This document shows positions 26,040 through 39,959 of a DNA stretch of 64,000 nt, piece after piece. The notes under the pieces are model-generated. The model ran no database searches. It worked only from the letters and a program-made list of their open reading frames with translations, and was not told the DNA's origin. Location: the NCBI GenBank assembly GCA_034780895.1, contig JAUZTB010000071.1, positions 13,482,920-13,546,919 on the forward strand. The letters run 5' to 3'. The stretch comes from Rhynchobatus australiae. Taxonomy: Eukaryota. How positions within the stretch are numbered: the stretch's first letter is position 1; each line of letters opens with the position of its first letter. A program made the translations under genes and the position numbers.

Positions 26040-26520
26040 TAAATCACTGTCAGAGGAAGCAATTGTTCTCTATTCTCTGGATTCTGTCTTACCATTTAAA
26101 TACAACTCCATTGCATCAATCCACTAAACTCAAGGGATTACATCCAGGCCTCATAATTTAACCCTTAGTGTTCCAGTGTAATTCTTTTGCAGTACATCTT
26201 TTCCAAGGCCAAGGCATCCATTCCAAAATTCCAAGCCCAAACCAAACCCACTACTTCAAAGGTGTCTGACCATGTTTCTATAGAACTGAAGCATCACTTC
26301 ATCGGTTTTATATTCCAAACCCCTTGAGATAAAGGGCAACATTCCATTAGTCTTTCTGATTACTTTATGTACCAGTGCACTAGCTTTTAGTGATTTGTGT
26401 CCATGGATACCTAAATCCCTTGATCCTGTTTCCAACAATTCTAATATATGTTCCCTGTTCCAAAGTCCATGACCTCACATTTTCTCATATTGAACTCTGT
26501 TTGCCCTAGATTTGCCCATG
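26040..26520 (-). mobile_element. CR1 LINE ORF2 fragment
   Basis: Minus-strand translation RDLGIHGHKSLKASALVHKVIRKTNGMLPFISRGLEYKTDEVMLQFY, typical of the CR1 RT C-terminal region. Confidence 0.85.
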
Positions 26521-27654
26521 TTCAATGTCTAATCAAAGACAACTAAATGCGTGGAAATTAACTATTAACAGAATTAATTTTCTGTGTAATTGAAGCTCTT
26601 AAATTTTATTTTACACGTGTTTTGTATTATAGACTGTTTGTCATGAAATTTTGTTTATCTTTTCCCACATTCAAAGTCAGCCCAGTGAAAGATGAGGAAG
26701 AAATTAATTCCTGGTTACTTGTTCCACATGTACAGCATGGTAGCGGCTGCACATTGTACTTAGCTTTGAAAATTCTTTTCCATTGAAGTCAATAGAATTC
26801 TATTTCCATGCAAAAAGAGTGTTTTACCATATAGTGCATTTGGCACAAGTGACTGAGGACAGGTTTCTATCTTACTGATCCTACATGTAGGTGTAAAACA
26901 TCAATAAAAAATTCTTATCTGCATCCATTTGTGGATAAAAATATGTACAATTGGTCCCATTCAACAAAACCAAGGGAACAATAAAAATACACAATACATC
27001 AGCAATATAACTGCCAACCCACAAGTGTGTTGCTGGAGTGTGCAGTATTTCTTCCATCCTTTAGCTTTCCAGTTCTAACATTTATTTTGTTTCGTGGACA
27101 ATAATAAATGCCACAAGGAAGGTCTACCTGGTGCTGACTGGCTTTTTCTGTAGCCAGGGTAAAGACTATAAATTCATCATACAATGAGTGAGAAATGGCC
27201 CTCTTTAAAGTGCTGACCACTGAAGAATGAAAAGACTATTAACATTCCAATCAACCCTTTCCAGACCTCCAGCATTGCCGTGTAGGATGGTTGATGCTGC
27301 AGAGAGAGCAAATAAAGGTGAACTTCAAGCAGCTCCCCAGAAAACCAGAATGTTTGTGCATGAGCCTTTCAGGAAACACTAGTTGACTTCCTGAGGTACT
27401 GCAGGTAATCTGTGGCTTGCTGATGTTTAACTGATAACCTGGTCTGTTCCTTTGAGACCACCTCTCAGGTACCCACTGTGAAGAATTGTGCAAATAGATT
27501 GTGAGGTCAGCCAGAGTTTAATTTCTGGGCGGTGGAGCAAGATGTAAAGAAAACAATTAGAGAGAAGTTCAGGGGAAAGATAGTCACCCAAAGAGATGTG
27601 TGGCAGGTAGAACTCCCTCATCGCATTTCCATCTGGATTTTATGTTGCCAGTGA

Positions 27655-28015
27655 CCCAGCAGATTATGGAATTAAGTCCCACTCTAGCCACTTGTGCACA
27701 TTAGATAGACTGCGAGTTGTGTGTACTGAAGGAGTATTGCCCTCGCAGTGGTGTGTTGGATTTGGATTTCATGCTTAACTGAATCCTTGTCTACTCTGTC
27801 AGATGGATGTAAAAATTATATGGTGGCATTTTGAAAGAGACCAGTGGGTTTATCCCTGGTGTCCTAAACAATATTCATCCCTTAATCAACACCACCAAAA
27901 ATAGATTATCTGGTAACGTTGCTGTTTGTGCGTGTACTTCATTGGTTATAAAGTGCTTTCAGCTGTGCTGAGGTTATGAGAGGTGCTATAGAAATGCCAG
28001 TCATTGTTTCTTTCC
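27655..28015 (+). mobile_element. SacSINE1-like DeuSINE
   Basis: aagtcccactc...tactgaaggagtattgc...gatggatgtaaaa...ccctggtgtcct...agattatctggt...tacttcattggttataaagtgcttt...ggtgctatagaaatgc. Confidence 0.75.
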
Positions 28016-28489
28016 ATCCAGTGACTATGAATGAGTGGAATTCAGTGATGATTCCTTCTGTAAAAAGATTAAGAATAGAATAAAAGCCCTGAGGCTGATA
28101 CTGCAATATGGCTACCATTAGCATCTTTCTTGATTAGCATATTATGAATATTTTAATTCATAATCTATTGAAATCTCAAATTTTATATTTACAGAATTGT
28201 GCATTTGTTTATTCATTAATGGTATAGGAAAAAATAACTCTCAGCAATACCACATTATGAATTCTTGTGTTTGCTAATTTTCTCAGTCCAGCCCTTTAAC
28301 AGAAACTTTTGTAGATCCAGTTAAGAAAGGAATATGACACAGGATTGGCACTGATGGCAGTCATTTCACTTATAGACATTTATATCATTAATTTTTTTTT
28401 GTACTTGATTGTTGTTGGAATGGTTTAGTAAAGTTTTGTTAACAGCTCTCTTTTATAATAATTAAATGTGCACATAACATCTCAAGACT

Positions 28490-28632
28490 GACATAAAAAA
28501 TTCTGCAGATGCTGGAATCTGGAGATGGAGCAATACACAAAAAGTGCGAGAGGAACTCAGCAGGTCAGGCAGCATTCGTGGAGGGAAAAAAAACAGTTGG
28601 TGTTTCTGGTCAAGACCCTTGATCAGGACCCT
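28490..28632 (-). mobile_element. Penelope-like short insertion with decayed hammerhead and TSD-like flanks
   Basis: Minus strand starts ggtcCTGATCAagggtcttgaccaGAAAcacc; flanks are tctcaagact (28480-28489) and tctcaaggct (28633-28642). Confidence 0.75.
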
Positions 28633-31359
28633 TCTCAAGGCTCTGCATTCTTCTATAAATACTGATGTTGCTCATTAAAGAAAACTTGACTTAAAAATGC
28701 CCAGAATTGGACAGCATTTCTTTATCATTGCACTCCTAACAGTCATGGAAATCTCTTGTTTTTTAAATGTATAAAATACAAACTCATCCTATATGAAATA
28801 TTTTACTGAGCTAATTAAATTAAATTTAGTTCCTCTTGCATGCTTACTGACGCAGAAGAGCAGGGTGTTTAAAGGGTTAATTGAAATTGGATCTATATTG
28901 AAGATTTTTTTTAGTTTGTAAACAACCAATGGAAATGTATTTACTGCAAAATTATTTTATTTTACCTGCCACTGTGTCAGAATTAATTCATTGTCCCAAG
29001 CATACGTATGTTTTTTCAGCTTCNNNNNNNNNNNNNNNNNNNNNNNNNNNNNNNNNNNNNNNNNNNNNNNNNNNNNNNNNNNNNNNNNNNNNNNNNNNNN
29101 NNNNNNNNNNNNNNNNNNNNNNNTCAGCTTCTCAAACAAGATTTCCTTTATTTATGTATAGTTGCCACAAATATATAGCTTAGAACTCATTAGTTTTTAA
29201 GTTTTTTGACGTGGTCCCAAGTTCTCATTCCACTGAAACTACTACAAATAGCTAATGTTGTGTTTATTGGACTAAGGTATTCTGTCTGAAGTTTTAAAAT
29301 TTATTTAAGACAAAGGCAACTTTGATCTTTGATGCAGTCATAAAATATTCTGATGTTATCTGTCTTTAAAAAGCAAATTATTGAATTTTTAAAGAATCAG
29401 TTCCTCTAAAATGTAGATTTGAAACTATAACATTTGTGTATCCAATATGTATATTTTAGCAGCTGCTGTGAAATTAATCATTGTTCTATTCCCCCCTGCA
29501 CCTGAAATCCTGGCCAATTGCCCAATGCCCTCTCACGTTAGTGTACAGACTTTGGTTATAGTGAAATTAAGTAAATGAATGATTTATGATGCCACTCTGA
29601 TTGCTCTTGCCTGATGTGTGTTCAGGCACTGCACAAACTTAGCTTTGTGTTATCACTCTCATCTTTAGCCGGATTAGTTCTAGATACCACAGTTAGGTAT
29701 TGCAATGTTTTTGCTGGATTTAGGGTTCTGTACTGAGAAACCCTGGTTTCCANNNNNNNNNNNNNNNNNNNNNNNNNNNNNNNNNNNNNNNNNNNNNNNN
29801 NNNNNNNNNNNNNNNNNNNNNNNNNNNNNNNNNNNNNNNNNNNNNNNNNNNNNNNNNNNNNNNNNNNNNNNNNNNNNNNNNNNNNNNNNNNNNNNNNNNN
29901 NNNNNNNNNNNNNNNNNNNNNNNNNNNNNNNNNNNNNNNNNNNNNNNNNNNNNNNNNNNNNNNNNNNNNNNNNNNNNNNNNNNNNNNNNNNNNNNNNNNN
30001 NNNNNNNNNNNNNNNNNNNNNNNNNNNNNNNNNNNNNNNNNNNNNNNNNNNNNNNNNNNNNNNNNNNNNNNCAAAAGCAGTCTGTTGAAACATTAACCTG
30101 GAACATTAACTATGTTCCCCTCTCCAGAGATATGGCCTGATCTGCTGACAGTTTCCAGTATTTTCTGTTTTTATCACGTATTACGAGTTTTCTCTATCCC
30201 TCCTGCAATGGAGCTGTTCAAATCATTTTCCTAAATTCAGCAATTCACCATCCATTGGATTTTTGGATTACGTGACTAGATCTAAAATCTCCTTGGATTT
30301 TGCAATCCAGCTGTACAGACAGCTCAGACAGATATATCTAAAGTTACCTAAAGATAGACAACACATGTCAAAGATGGATTTTTCTCTCTCCAGTGCTGTC
30401 TATTTAGTTGCCCAACCCCAATCTCCTATTGAATGAATCTCATAAAATATGATGTATTTTTGTACCAGAATCACTCATATGTCAGTTTACTCAGCAAAGT
30501 TGCTGTCAGAGTTAAATCCATAATAGATTTGTTTTGAGAAGATTTCCAATATCCAGTAATTCTGTGTAAATAGCAAGTTATCTAGAACTGGCCTTTTTGC
30601 TGCAGTCTTCCCTGGAGATTGTCAAAAATGACCTTGACAAAGAATAATGCAGCCTGTTTTTCACTTCCAAGTGAAAATAAATGCTTCATTTAATGGTTTC
30701 AAGGAAAGTACTCTTCATCGTGTAAGGTAATATATTGGGGGAAAAAATCGCCTTTTCTAATTTCATGAGTTTGTTAGAAAACTAGATTTTTTGGTTATCT
30801 GTTATTTGAAATTGCAAAGTTATTTTAATCCGTGGGTATTAATAGGAGAGATGGAATGTAGATTGATGGTGGGGAGGGGGCTTGATATTAAGACCAAAGG
30901 CGTCCACTCAACCGAAGCAGGATGTGACATTTTCCGAGCCACCTAGCANNNNNNNNNNNNNNNNNNNNNNNNNNNNNNNNNNNNNNNNNNNNNNNNNNNN
31001 NNNNNNNNNNNNNNNNNNNNNNNNNNNNNNNNNNNNNNNNNNNNNNNNGCATCATGTTAGCTCTGATAACATTATCTTCATCTTTTCAATATCGGCTTCA
31101 GCGTCTTTGCATTTATTTGGAGTTAGCTTTGGATCAGTGGTAGCATTCTGAGCAGCTTGATAGGCTATTTACATCATAGTACATTCATCTCCCATTCCTT
31201 AGTCTATTTGCATCCAATTCCACTGAATGCCAATTTATGAATTATATGAACTAGAGGATACCAAGGAATGATAAGGGCTCTGAACCACAGAACTGGACTC
31301 ATCATGACAAGAGAGCAGCAGTAAATGCTGTCATCTAAAGTTAATGGCTTTTCTTTTAG

Positions 31360-31525
31360 TTCTTAGGCCCTTCAGCCCACAAAAGTCCATGCCGACTATC
31401 AACCACCCATTTACACTAATCCTATGCTATCTTATTTGATTCTCCCCACATTCCTATCCACTCTCCCAGGTTCTACCACTCACCCACACAAAACTTGCGT
31501 AGCCTAATACACCTACTAACCCTCT
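31360..31525 (-). mobile_element. V-SINE (HE1-like) 3' part
   Basis: aggcccttcagcccac...gtccatgccgac...attctccccacattcc...ttctaccactcacc. Confidence 0.55.
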
Positions 31526-31899
31526 CTTTAAAGGAATGAAGGTCCTATTCACCTTCAGAACATAAAATAATTCAAACTGGATCAATATTTTGTGACAGGT
31601 CTTTGCACTCCTTAATCAATAATATTATTTTCCACATTGATTGCTTCAGTCTATCCAAAATAAGAGAAAACTAGCCTCTCTGTCGGAGGAAACATAAACT
31701 AACCATTACCAGTAGATCTGATGTGCTATTGCTAGCTGGTAGACCGTTGTGGTTTTTTGATTATAATCCAGTTTATATTTTGAAGGCTGTGGTCCGTATT
31801 CCAAATAGGCAGGTTGTCAAAATGGACTCTTTTGTGACTACAAAATGGAAGTAAAAAAGCATTACTGGTAGAATTTTCTGAATGATTTTCTTCTCTTTT

Positions 31900-32140
31900 T
31901 CTGAGGGTGGTGAATCTCTGGAATTGTCTACCCTAGAGGGCTGTGGAGGCTAGATCAGTGGGGATTTATTTAAAGAGGAAATAAATAAAGATTTGAAAGA
32001 TCAGGGAATAGAGAGCTATGGGGAGTNNNNNNNNNNNNNNNNNNNNNNNNNNNNNNNNNNNNNCCATGAACATCTGAATGACTGGACGGTCATGAAGGCC
32101 GTGAATGACCTACACCTGCTCCAATTTTCTTATGTTCTCT
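31900..32140 (+). mobile_element. CR1 3' end
   Basis: gagggtggtgaatctctggaattgtctaccctagagggctgtggaggct...cctacacctgctccaattttcttatgttct. Confidence 0.8.
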
Positions 32141-33712
32141 GGAGGGATAGACCAGATGCCTCAGGGTCAGAAAAATGTCTCCCATAAATGCCTGGCTTTA
32201 GTTTGCAATTTTTGCACAAGTCCTAAGCATGCTGGTTGTGATTTACTGCCTTACACAAAGTGACATCTGGAGTGTGATGGCCATCATGAAAATCTTCCGA
32301 TGACTGGATTGATGATGTCTTTGATTGTAGTTTGACAACCTTCAGCAATCATTTACATTGGCCAGAATCTAGTGGTGAAATGGTAGTGAAAACAAAAATG
32401 GATTTGATATAAATGGGAAACCTTTGTTAATAAACAGCTGCCCAACTAGATGTAAAAAGATGATTAGTTACAGCATCTTGTCCAAACTCTATATGCCTCA
32501 TTGTGAATTGTACAAAGCACAGTATTGGAAAGGTCTAGATGCAATATTGCAATAACCACCTCAAAAATTTGGTTGCACCTGAGGCCTCTATCACACCATT
32601 GGATAATGCACATTTTCACATTTGAATGGAGACACAAGAGACTGCAGGTGCTGGAATCTAGAGCAAAAAACAAGCAACCACTGATCCTACTCTGCCAGTG
32701 CTGGGTTTGTGGTGGGACCGGGAATGGAGGTGGGGGTGGCAAATTGGTTGGAGACTTGTAGTGTTCTTGCTGAAATGTTCTGACACTCTTCTGTGCGTGG
32801 GTAGTTGGGGTGGGGAGGGACTAGGAATACTGCAGATGTGAGGGTTAGAGGGAGGTGGGAATGAAGGTCCAGGAGATCAGCTTGGTTTGGGAGGAAAAAA
32901 AATTGGGGCTATTGCAGATCGCAGATCGGGGGCTTGTTGGAGACCAGACGGGGGTGGGGGGGGGTGGTGATGGGATATGCAATAGAATTTAATGCAGGGA
33001 AGGATCAAAGGTTTGGTCCACTTACTTGGCAGTCATTCCCATCCAGTTTTGTGCTGCAAGACCATGGTATCCCAGGGAAATCCAGTGATGGTACTTTGCA
33101 GGAAACGTGCTCAGGTTTCCCTGCACTGCTCCAAAAAGAATGATGTCAACCCATGCACTCCTGATGGAGAAATCTTGTCACCACTGGAAGGGTGACTCAC
33201 TGGTATGTGGCTGGTCGAATTCTTCAAGTGTAAAAAGCAACCTGGACTCATTCGATGTCGTGCTTCACTCATGGACAGACATTAGTTTTCCCATTAGATG
33301 ACATGTCAACAAAGGCCATCTTAGTGTTTACCAAATGCCTGTTAATGTGGGTGGCAAACTTGGAAAGTGTCATCTTGGCTGGAGATTGCTGATGGCAGAT
33401 TTTAACTACCCTTGGCATGTAAGAGGCAATATGCAGTGTTCATTTGAATTTTATTCTGGTTTTCCTAAGCTCCAAAACATTACGGTTTCCAGCAGCAATT
33501 ATTAAAATGTCTTGGCTACTGGATCGTTGGCCGTGGTGACCATGTTTAATTTTGTTTGCCTGGAATTGGATTACGTAATGCCATGTTTTCCTACACAAGA
33601 GGTTCAGTTTCATTGAAAGGTCAGGTATAAAGAAAAGATTGACATCTTTTTCTGTGTCCTTCCTGCTTCAGACATGCTGGAAATTGGAGGAGGGGAGGAG
33701 GCTGGATATAAG

Positions 33713-33860
33713 AGAGATAAGATATCTTTATTAACCACATGTACATTGAAACATACATCTTTTGCGTAGAGTGTCCTGGAGGCAGCCCGCAAGTGTCGCC
33801 ACACTTCCCGGGGTGCTCTGGTTTTCTCCCACATTCCAAAAGATGTATGGGTGAGGAAGT
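33713..33860. mobile_element. Composite of a Rex1-type tail (minus strand) abutting a V-SINE core fragment (plus strand)
   Basis: gataagatatctttatta...catgtacattgaaac followed by V-domain-like ccggggtgctctggttttctcccacattccaaaagatgt. Confidence 0.5.
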
Positions 33861-34565
33861 TGTGGGCATACTATGTTACAGTAACATCCAGAGTTATACA
33901 AGGCATTCTCCAACATCACTTCGTGATCTTGGATTTTTAGACCACTGATGTCCAGCTTTGTGCAGGGTTTGATCTACTCCCTGGTTCTCTCTCCTGAACC
34001 ACATCCCTTCAACTTCCTGGGCCACGTTCCCCCCTCCCACAATGACTTCCCCACCTTAGACCAGTATTTAATGTCCTTGGTCTGCTTCATAGTGGGTTTC
34101 AAGTGCCTCTGAATCCAAGGTGTTTGTCCTCTGAGCAGAACATTGGCATGTCTTCATTAACATACCTTCTTTAACATGCCTTTACTGGAGCTGTTATGAT
34201 GAATGGTAGAAAAAAGAAAACCAATGATTTGATAAAGTGGATTTTATTTCACTTTCTTATTTTTCAAATTCTCTTCCTCATTATAAACAATTGCATCTTA
34301 ATAGCCAATATAATCATGTAATCCAATGTGCCATTCACTTGTTGTTTTACAGGTGTACTCACCCAAGCATAAAGCTTTCTGACAAATGATATGCTCAGCA
34401 GTTTTCTGTTTTGCTGATGTCTACATCCTGCTGTGGAAAATTTCTGTTTAGTGCATTTGTTTTATTAAGAAACCATATATCGCTTAGTCATGACAGGGCC
34501 TGCATAAAATAACTCTCCTTCTACATCCCATTTTGACATCTTTGCTTTTTTTTTGTCCCCTCCAG

Positions 34566-34675
34566 GATCAGCATATTATGACAACGTTCGCCCGCTGGCC
34601 TATCCTGACTCGGATGCAGTGCTAATCTGTTTTGACATCAGTCGTCCGGAGACTCTAGACAGTGTTTTAAAGAAG
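34566..34675 (+). CDS. RND2: RND2 (Rho family GTPase 2) internal coding exon, equivalent to vertebrate exon 3 (110 bp)
   Basis: Polypyrimidine tract + CAG (AG at 34564-34565) and donor AAG|gttggt at 34676. Translates (G)[46 protein letters not shown] is the RND2 form (RND3 has LSYP, RND1 has LCYS). Ser replaces the catalytic Gln (Ras Q61 position), as in all Rnd proteins. Confidence 0.96.
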
Positions 34676-37600
34676 GTTGGTGTCTGCCTCTGGTTGTTTG
34701 AAGGAAGTAGACCAGTTGAGTTGCACTTGTATTTTAAAGGAGTTTAAAGGAAAAGTATCAGCACTGCTGGAAGGCAGAAATTACCTTCTGTATATGTTTT
34801 AGCAACATTGATTTGCACAATTGGGTGGAACTTCTGTCTGTGCTATTTTTATCTAGATTTTACTCTGAGGAATATATGTTCAAACAACATTAAAGTAGTG
34901 AACCTAGATACCTAATCAAGCAAGATAACCAGTTCATTTCTACAGAGTAATCCTTAAGATATTGCTTTTGAACATCTCTTTCTAATAATTTGAAGCATTG
35001 AAAATACAAAGCTTTGGGTAAAGAGAAGCATTTAGAATTAATATTGGAATACTTCCATAAAGTCCAGCACAGAAGCAGACATGATGGATCAAATGATAAG
35101 TGAAAAGTCAGATATATTAAATGGAATGTATTTTAACTTCCAGGACACCTCTGAGTCAGACATGCTAGTGAATGGAAGTGGTCAGATATTGTTACTTACA
35201 TAATTCTGCAGCTAAAATTTAGTTTATTCTTTTAAACAAGATTTTAAAACTGGAAAAATTTCTTCTTTCCTGAGAGGATGGTTGCATGTGTGAACCTGCA
35301 AGAATAAATTTTACTGTATAATCTTGGGACCCATCAAGAATAAAGTTCAAAGGTAATGACAAATACCCTTGAACTATATTCTTGAAGCCCAAGCAGATTT
35401 TGAGGCCCAAGCTTTAACTTTTAATTAAAAGTTGTGTTGGCCTGAGAGAATGCAGCACTGTCAGAACTGCTGTCATTCAGATGAGATGATAAAATGAGAT
35501 TTTATGAAAATTAATGTTTGAATGTAATTCACAAGAGAGGACAGATAAAAATTGATAATCAGGGAAAGGAGTGAGTCAGAAAGCAAATTTCAAGCTATAA
35601 TATCTCAGTGACATGTTTTTATAGGGTCATGTTATGAACTTTTTGTAATACCTAATGATTCAAGTTGATGGTTTCCTTGGCATTCAAATGTGTCAGTCAC
35701 AGCTTTAATAAGGGTAAAAAAACTCTAAGGCTGGAAACCAGAAAATGTTGCAATCTGGCAAAAGGTCAGATCTTAAATGTTAATTTCTCCTTTTGCATCT
35801 GCGTGTTTCTGGTACTTTTTGTTTTTGCCACAGTTGTGATGGTGGTCAATAGGCATATATTTTTTTTTTACCCTCTTCTTCAGGAATCAAATCCTAAACT
35901 CAAGAAAGCTCCCCACAGGGAGGGAGCAATATTTGAAGGTGGGAAAGTTTCATGCTAGTTTAACCCTACAGAAGAGCAGCATAATCTGGCAGAAAGTTAT
36001 CTGAACTCTTGATAAAGGAATACATGTGTGATATGGGAAGTGGCAACCGGTCTTAAAGGGTGAGAAATTCATCTTTGGTCGTGTGCATCAAACATGCAAC
36101 CTGTAGCATTATCCCGTAGATTCACATCTCTGCAGTTTGGTTCTATTGTTTTCAATGGAACCAAATTTTTAGAAGCAGAGTGCAGATTGAGAACAGTATT
36201 ATATCATGTATTCACTGTGTGCATCCAAGGGCAACTTTTGACCTGAGACGTTTTCTTTAAACGTGGAAGTTATTACAGTGGCTAAATACCTTGTCATTTT
36301 GGAATAGAAAGACTTCATCCTTAAATTGTTGTTGTTTTTATATTTTAGAAGGCTTTGCTGATTCATGTTGCTGAGGAAATACCTTGCCTTAAACTGTAAA
36401 TTATGGAATTAATATCAACCCAAATTTTGCTTTTCAGTAATGCAGGCAGGAGAATCTCTGGCCTATTGATCCAGTTAATCCTGCTAACTGAATCTGTAGA
36501 AAATCCTTCTAGCCCAATCATTCCCGCTATACTGCATTTTACAATAAAAAGTGTGATACTAAGCAGCAGACAAAGAGTGTTCAGATCAATCGGTGCATGT
36601 TTCAAACATGAGTGAATATAACTCCCTTGTGACAGGCATTTTAGGATTAATAGTTTGAGTTGTGGTCGACTCCCTGACACAACTAACATCTGAGAACACT
36701 TTTTTTTCTTGCAAGATCATCTCATTATCTCATGTCTAGCATGTCTCTCTGCTTTTTATGAGATTCATTTTTCCCTGAAGATTATCCTGCTCTTTAGTGG
36801 AATTTTGATAGCATGGTAAAATCATACCATATTAGCATTTGATGCTCTTACAACCTGCATAAATCTAATGTAAAATTGCAGTAAATGACACAGCACTGAC
36901 AGCATTTGTGAGCATTCTAAAAAAATGGATATTGAAATGTGTTTAAAAAATCATATTTTAAGACCAACTTATTTTCTAATTGGAGTTGTTAGAACAGTAA
37001 GATATTGTAGCGGTAGCATTTTCCAGTCTTTCAAGAAAAGAACACTGAAGACAGATTAATTCAGATAACTGGCCAGGAAGTTCTGCTAATTTGAGTATAA
37101 CTGCATTGTACAGTTGCGATTGAACAGAGAGCAAAAGAATGAAGGTTTATCCCAAGAATTTACACGCTTTGGAAAGCAAAATCTTTGTAAGAAAAAAAAT
37201 GATTGAATTCAGCCACAAATGAGTGTGAAGTGAACTTCTAAAGGTGAAAGTAGGCACATGTGGTTATTCTACAATGCAATCTCTTGTAGATTGCACATTC
37301 CTCTACCCACTATATTTATGTATGCTGTCCAAATTGGTATATGAGCAGATGGCCAAATTTTGGAAGAATATGTTGATGATATTAGACCACAGTTACTGTA
37401 GTTGCTTCTTGTCACTAATGATGAGTTATATTATTGAGACATTTGGAAGTTATGTACTTTTAATGCTGGGGCTGTGTGTGGTGGGGGAAGACAAGGGGAT
37501 GGTGTTTGAGTGTGTGTACATGTGTAAGATCAAATCTGTCAGCTTTCCAGCAAATAAACCAAACCACCTCCCTCAGCTCGCCTTTGAAAATGGTGCCAGT

Positions 37601-38141
37601 GTTTACTAAGAATTTCCATTGTAAATGCCAGCTGCACTGATGATCAGGATGGTCTTTCTCTGAAAGGGCTTTTGCTCCTATTGAAATTGATGAGAAAAGA
37701 AATCTTGGCAGTTTTTGTGTGTACCACTGTGATGTTAGCCCTGGCATAATAAAAATGAATGCCACCATTTCTTCTTGCAGTAATTCTAATGAAATTTTTA
37801 TTTAAATTTTTCAGCAGAGTACTACTGTATTAAATTTGCTAAACTTGTCAAAATGTAAAGTTGCTCAAAAGCTTATCAACTTTTTCATTCTTGCAGTTGA
37901 AAATTTACTGCATATGCATTATGGAGAATGTATTCTGGTAGGTGGCATATCCAGGACACACATCAACCCTGATCTCATACTTGAGATCTGTCAGGATGTC
38001 TAACTGAGCTAGTTAGACATCCTGACAGAGATAGCAATAAAATGCCAATAATCCACTATCTGACTATTCAGAAATCCCATCTGGCTCACTGGATGTTGCT
38101 TCCCATGTTTCCTTTCCACTTGCCAGAGCCCCAGTTCACTT

Positions 38142-38230
38142 ATATAAATACTAGAAATCCTCAGCAGGCCAGGCTGCATCTGTGGGAAGGGAAACAGAGC
38201 TAATATTTTAGGTTGAAGACCCTTTGTCAG
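38142..38230 (-). mobile_element. Penelope-like short insertion with decayed hammerhead and TSD-like flanks
   Basis: ctcagcaggccaggctgcatctgtggg...ggttgaagaccctttgtcag; flanks are cagttcactt (38132-38141) and cagttccctt (38228-38237). Confidence 0.7.
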
Positions 38231-39959
38231 TTCCCTTGCTCCCTTTCCACACACACAGACCCCAGTTTCTGCACTCCTTTTCATTGGTTCATTGGAAAAT
38301 TTATTGTAATACTGTGTAACATCTAAAAAAAATTGAAGGTGTGTTGGGATATTCATAAAAACAACATACAATAGTGCAGAAAATCTGCTAGTTCAGCATT
38401 GCAAATTCCCAAACGTGCCTGAATATCGGAGTTTCACTTTACTGTTAGTGTTATACTATTCAGTACCTAAAGTTTTTCATGTATTGAAGAAGGGGATGGG
38501 GGTGTAGTGGGATGATGGGGGGGAAAATTAGCTGGGTTTCCTGATCTTGCTAGCTGTCCAGGAACCCCAAATATAAACTGTCAGAAGTAGATGGCGTTTC
38601 ACCCCAGACCCCACCAATGTTGAGCAAATCGCTGGTGTTCTCTTTCATTGATTGAATTAAAATTGTAGCCTGTGGATGACCTATTGAAGGGCAACAGGCA
38701 TGCAAATCTGTAGCATAGCAAGGGGCTATCTCTTAAAGATGGGAGGGAGATGGATAAACTTAACTGAAGACAATTGATGCCAGTTGCAAATAACATACAA
38801 TCTAATGAATTTCTGCTGTGTGATTAAAATGGAGTTTTGGAGGGACTAGAGAGAAGCAAACTATGGAGAATCACCTTACTGGCCAACACTTAAAGAAAGA
38901 ATTGAACTCTGTATGAACTTGGGATGCGCTAAATGCATTGCGTTATCACTGGTGTAATATAGGTTCTTTGCAATTTAGCTCTGTGCTAGATTGTTTCAGT
39001 TCCACTGTTTGAATTTTTCAGCTTTTAAAACTGAGAAAAGTTGGTCTTCTATTGATCCAGCCCTACTGGTCTCCTACATTGGTTTTGACTAGTTAAAACA
39101 GTCAGAGTGGAATTTTTAAATCTACCCCCTTACCCTCCACCTCTGGTATCCCCATGGGGTTCTGTTTCTTGCCAGGATATCCAATCGCTTTTGTGCAGAA
39201 TGAGGAGTGTAGGTACTGTGATGCTCAAGGCATTACAATCATGTGAAACATGCTGGATGGGGCACAGGGCAATTTCCTGCCTGTCATTTCTTGTGTGATT
39301 TCAGACCCATTGTGTCTGGAAATGTAGAAACCAGTATTGTGAACTTGAAATTCCCAGGTGGGGTGGGCAGTGCTTGCATCTCAAGTGAGTTTATAAGCTT
39401 TTTATTTAAGTTTTGCTGGTAATGGAACTGGGTGCCTCTATCCTGTGCAGATGTTGTTTGGAGATGCAGGTAGTCTTAGCTGGTGGGAATGATTCCTGGT
39501 GAAGGTGCTATCAATTCAAGTTTTCCAAGTATCAGTTTCTTCTACAGCAGCTGCTTCAGTCAAAAGTTCCTTTACCATGTCAGTAATACACTATGCTAAG
39601 ATTCCTGAATCCCTCCATCACTACCATCATTGAAGTGGACAATCCAAATAACATAGCAAATAATGAGTAGGACCACATCGCCATCAAAACACATGACATA
39701 GACCCAGCAAGTTCTCCTCAAATGCACCTCCAATAGTGAAACGAAGGCCCAGAAAATTCCAGTCCCATATTTTTATATTTCAGTCCAAGAGTATTATCCG
39801 TGCTTGTACGTTTGCTAAACGTGTTCAGTAAATGTTGGTCAGCTCATGCAATTGTGTTACTCATGCACTGAGAAAGGACCAGCTTCCTCCAAGACCACCT
39901 ATTTCACCCTCCTTGACACTTGGCCCTTTTCCAGTTCTGCCTTATTCCTTGTCATCTTC

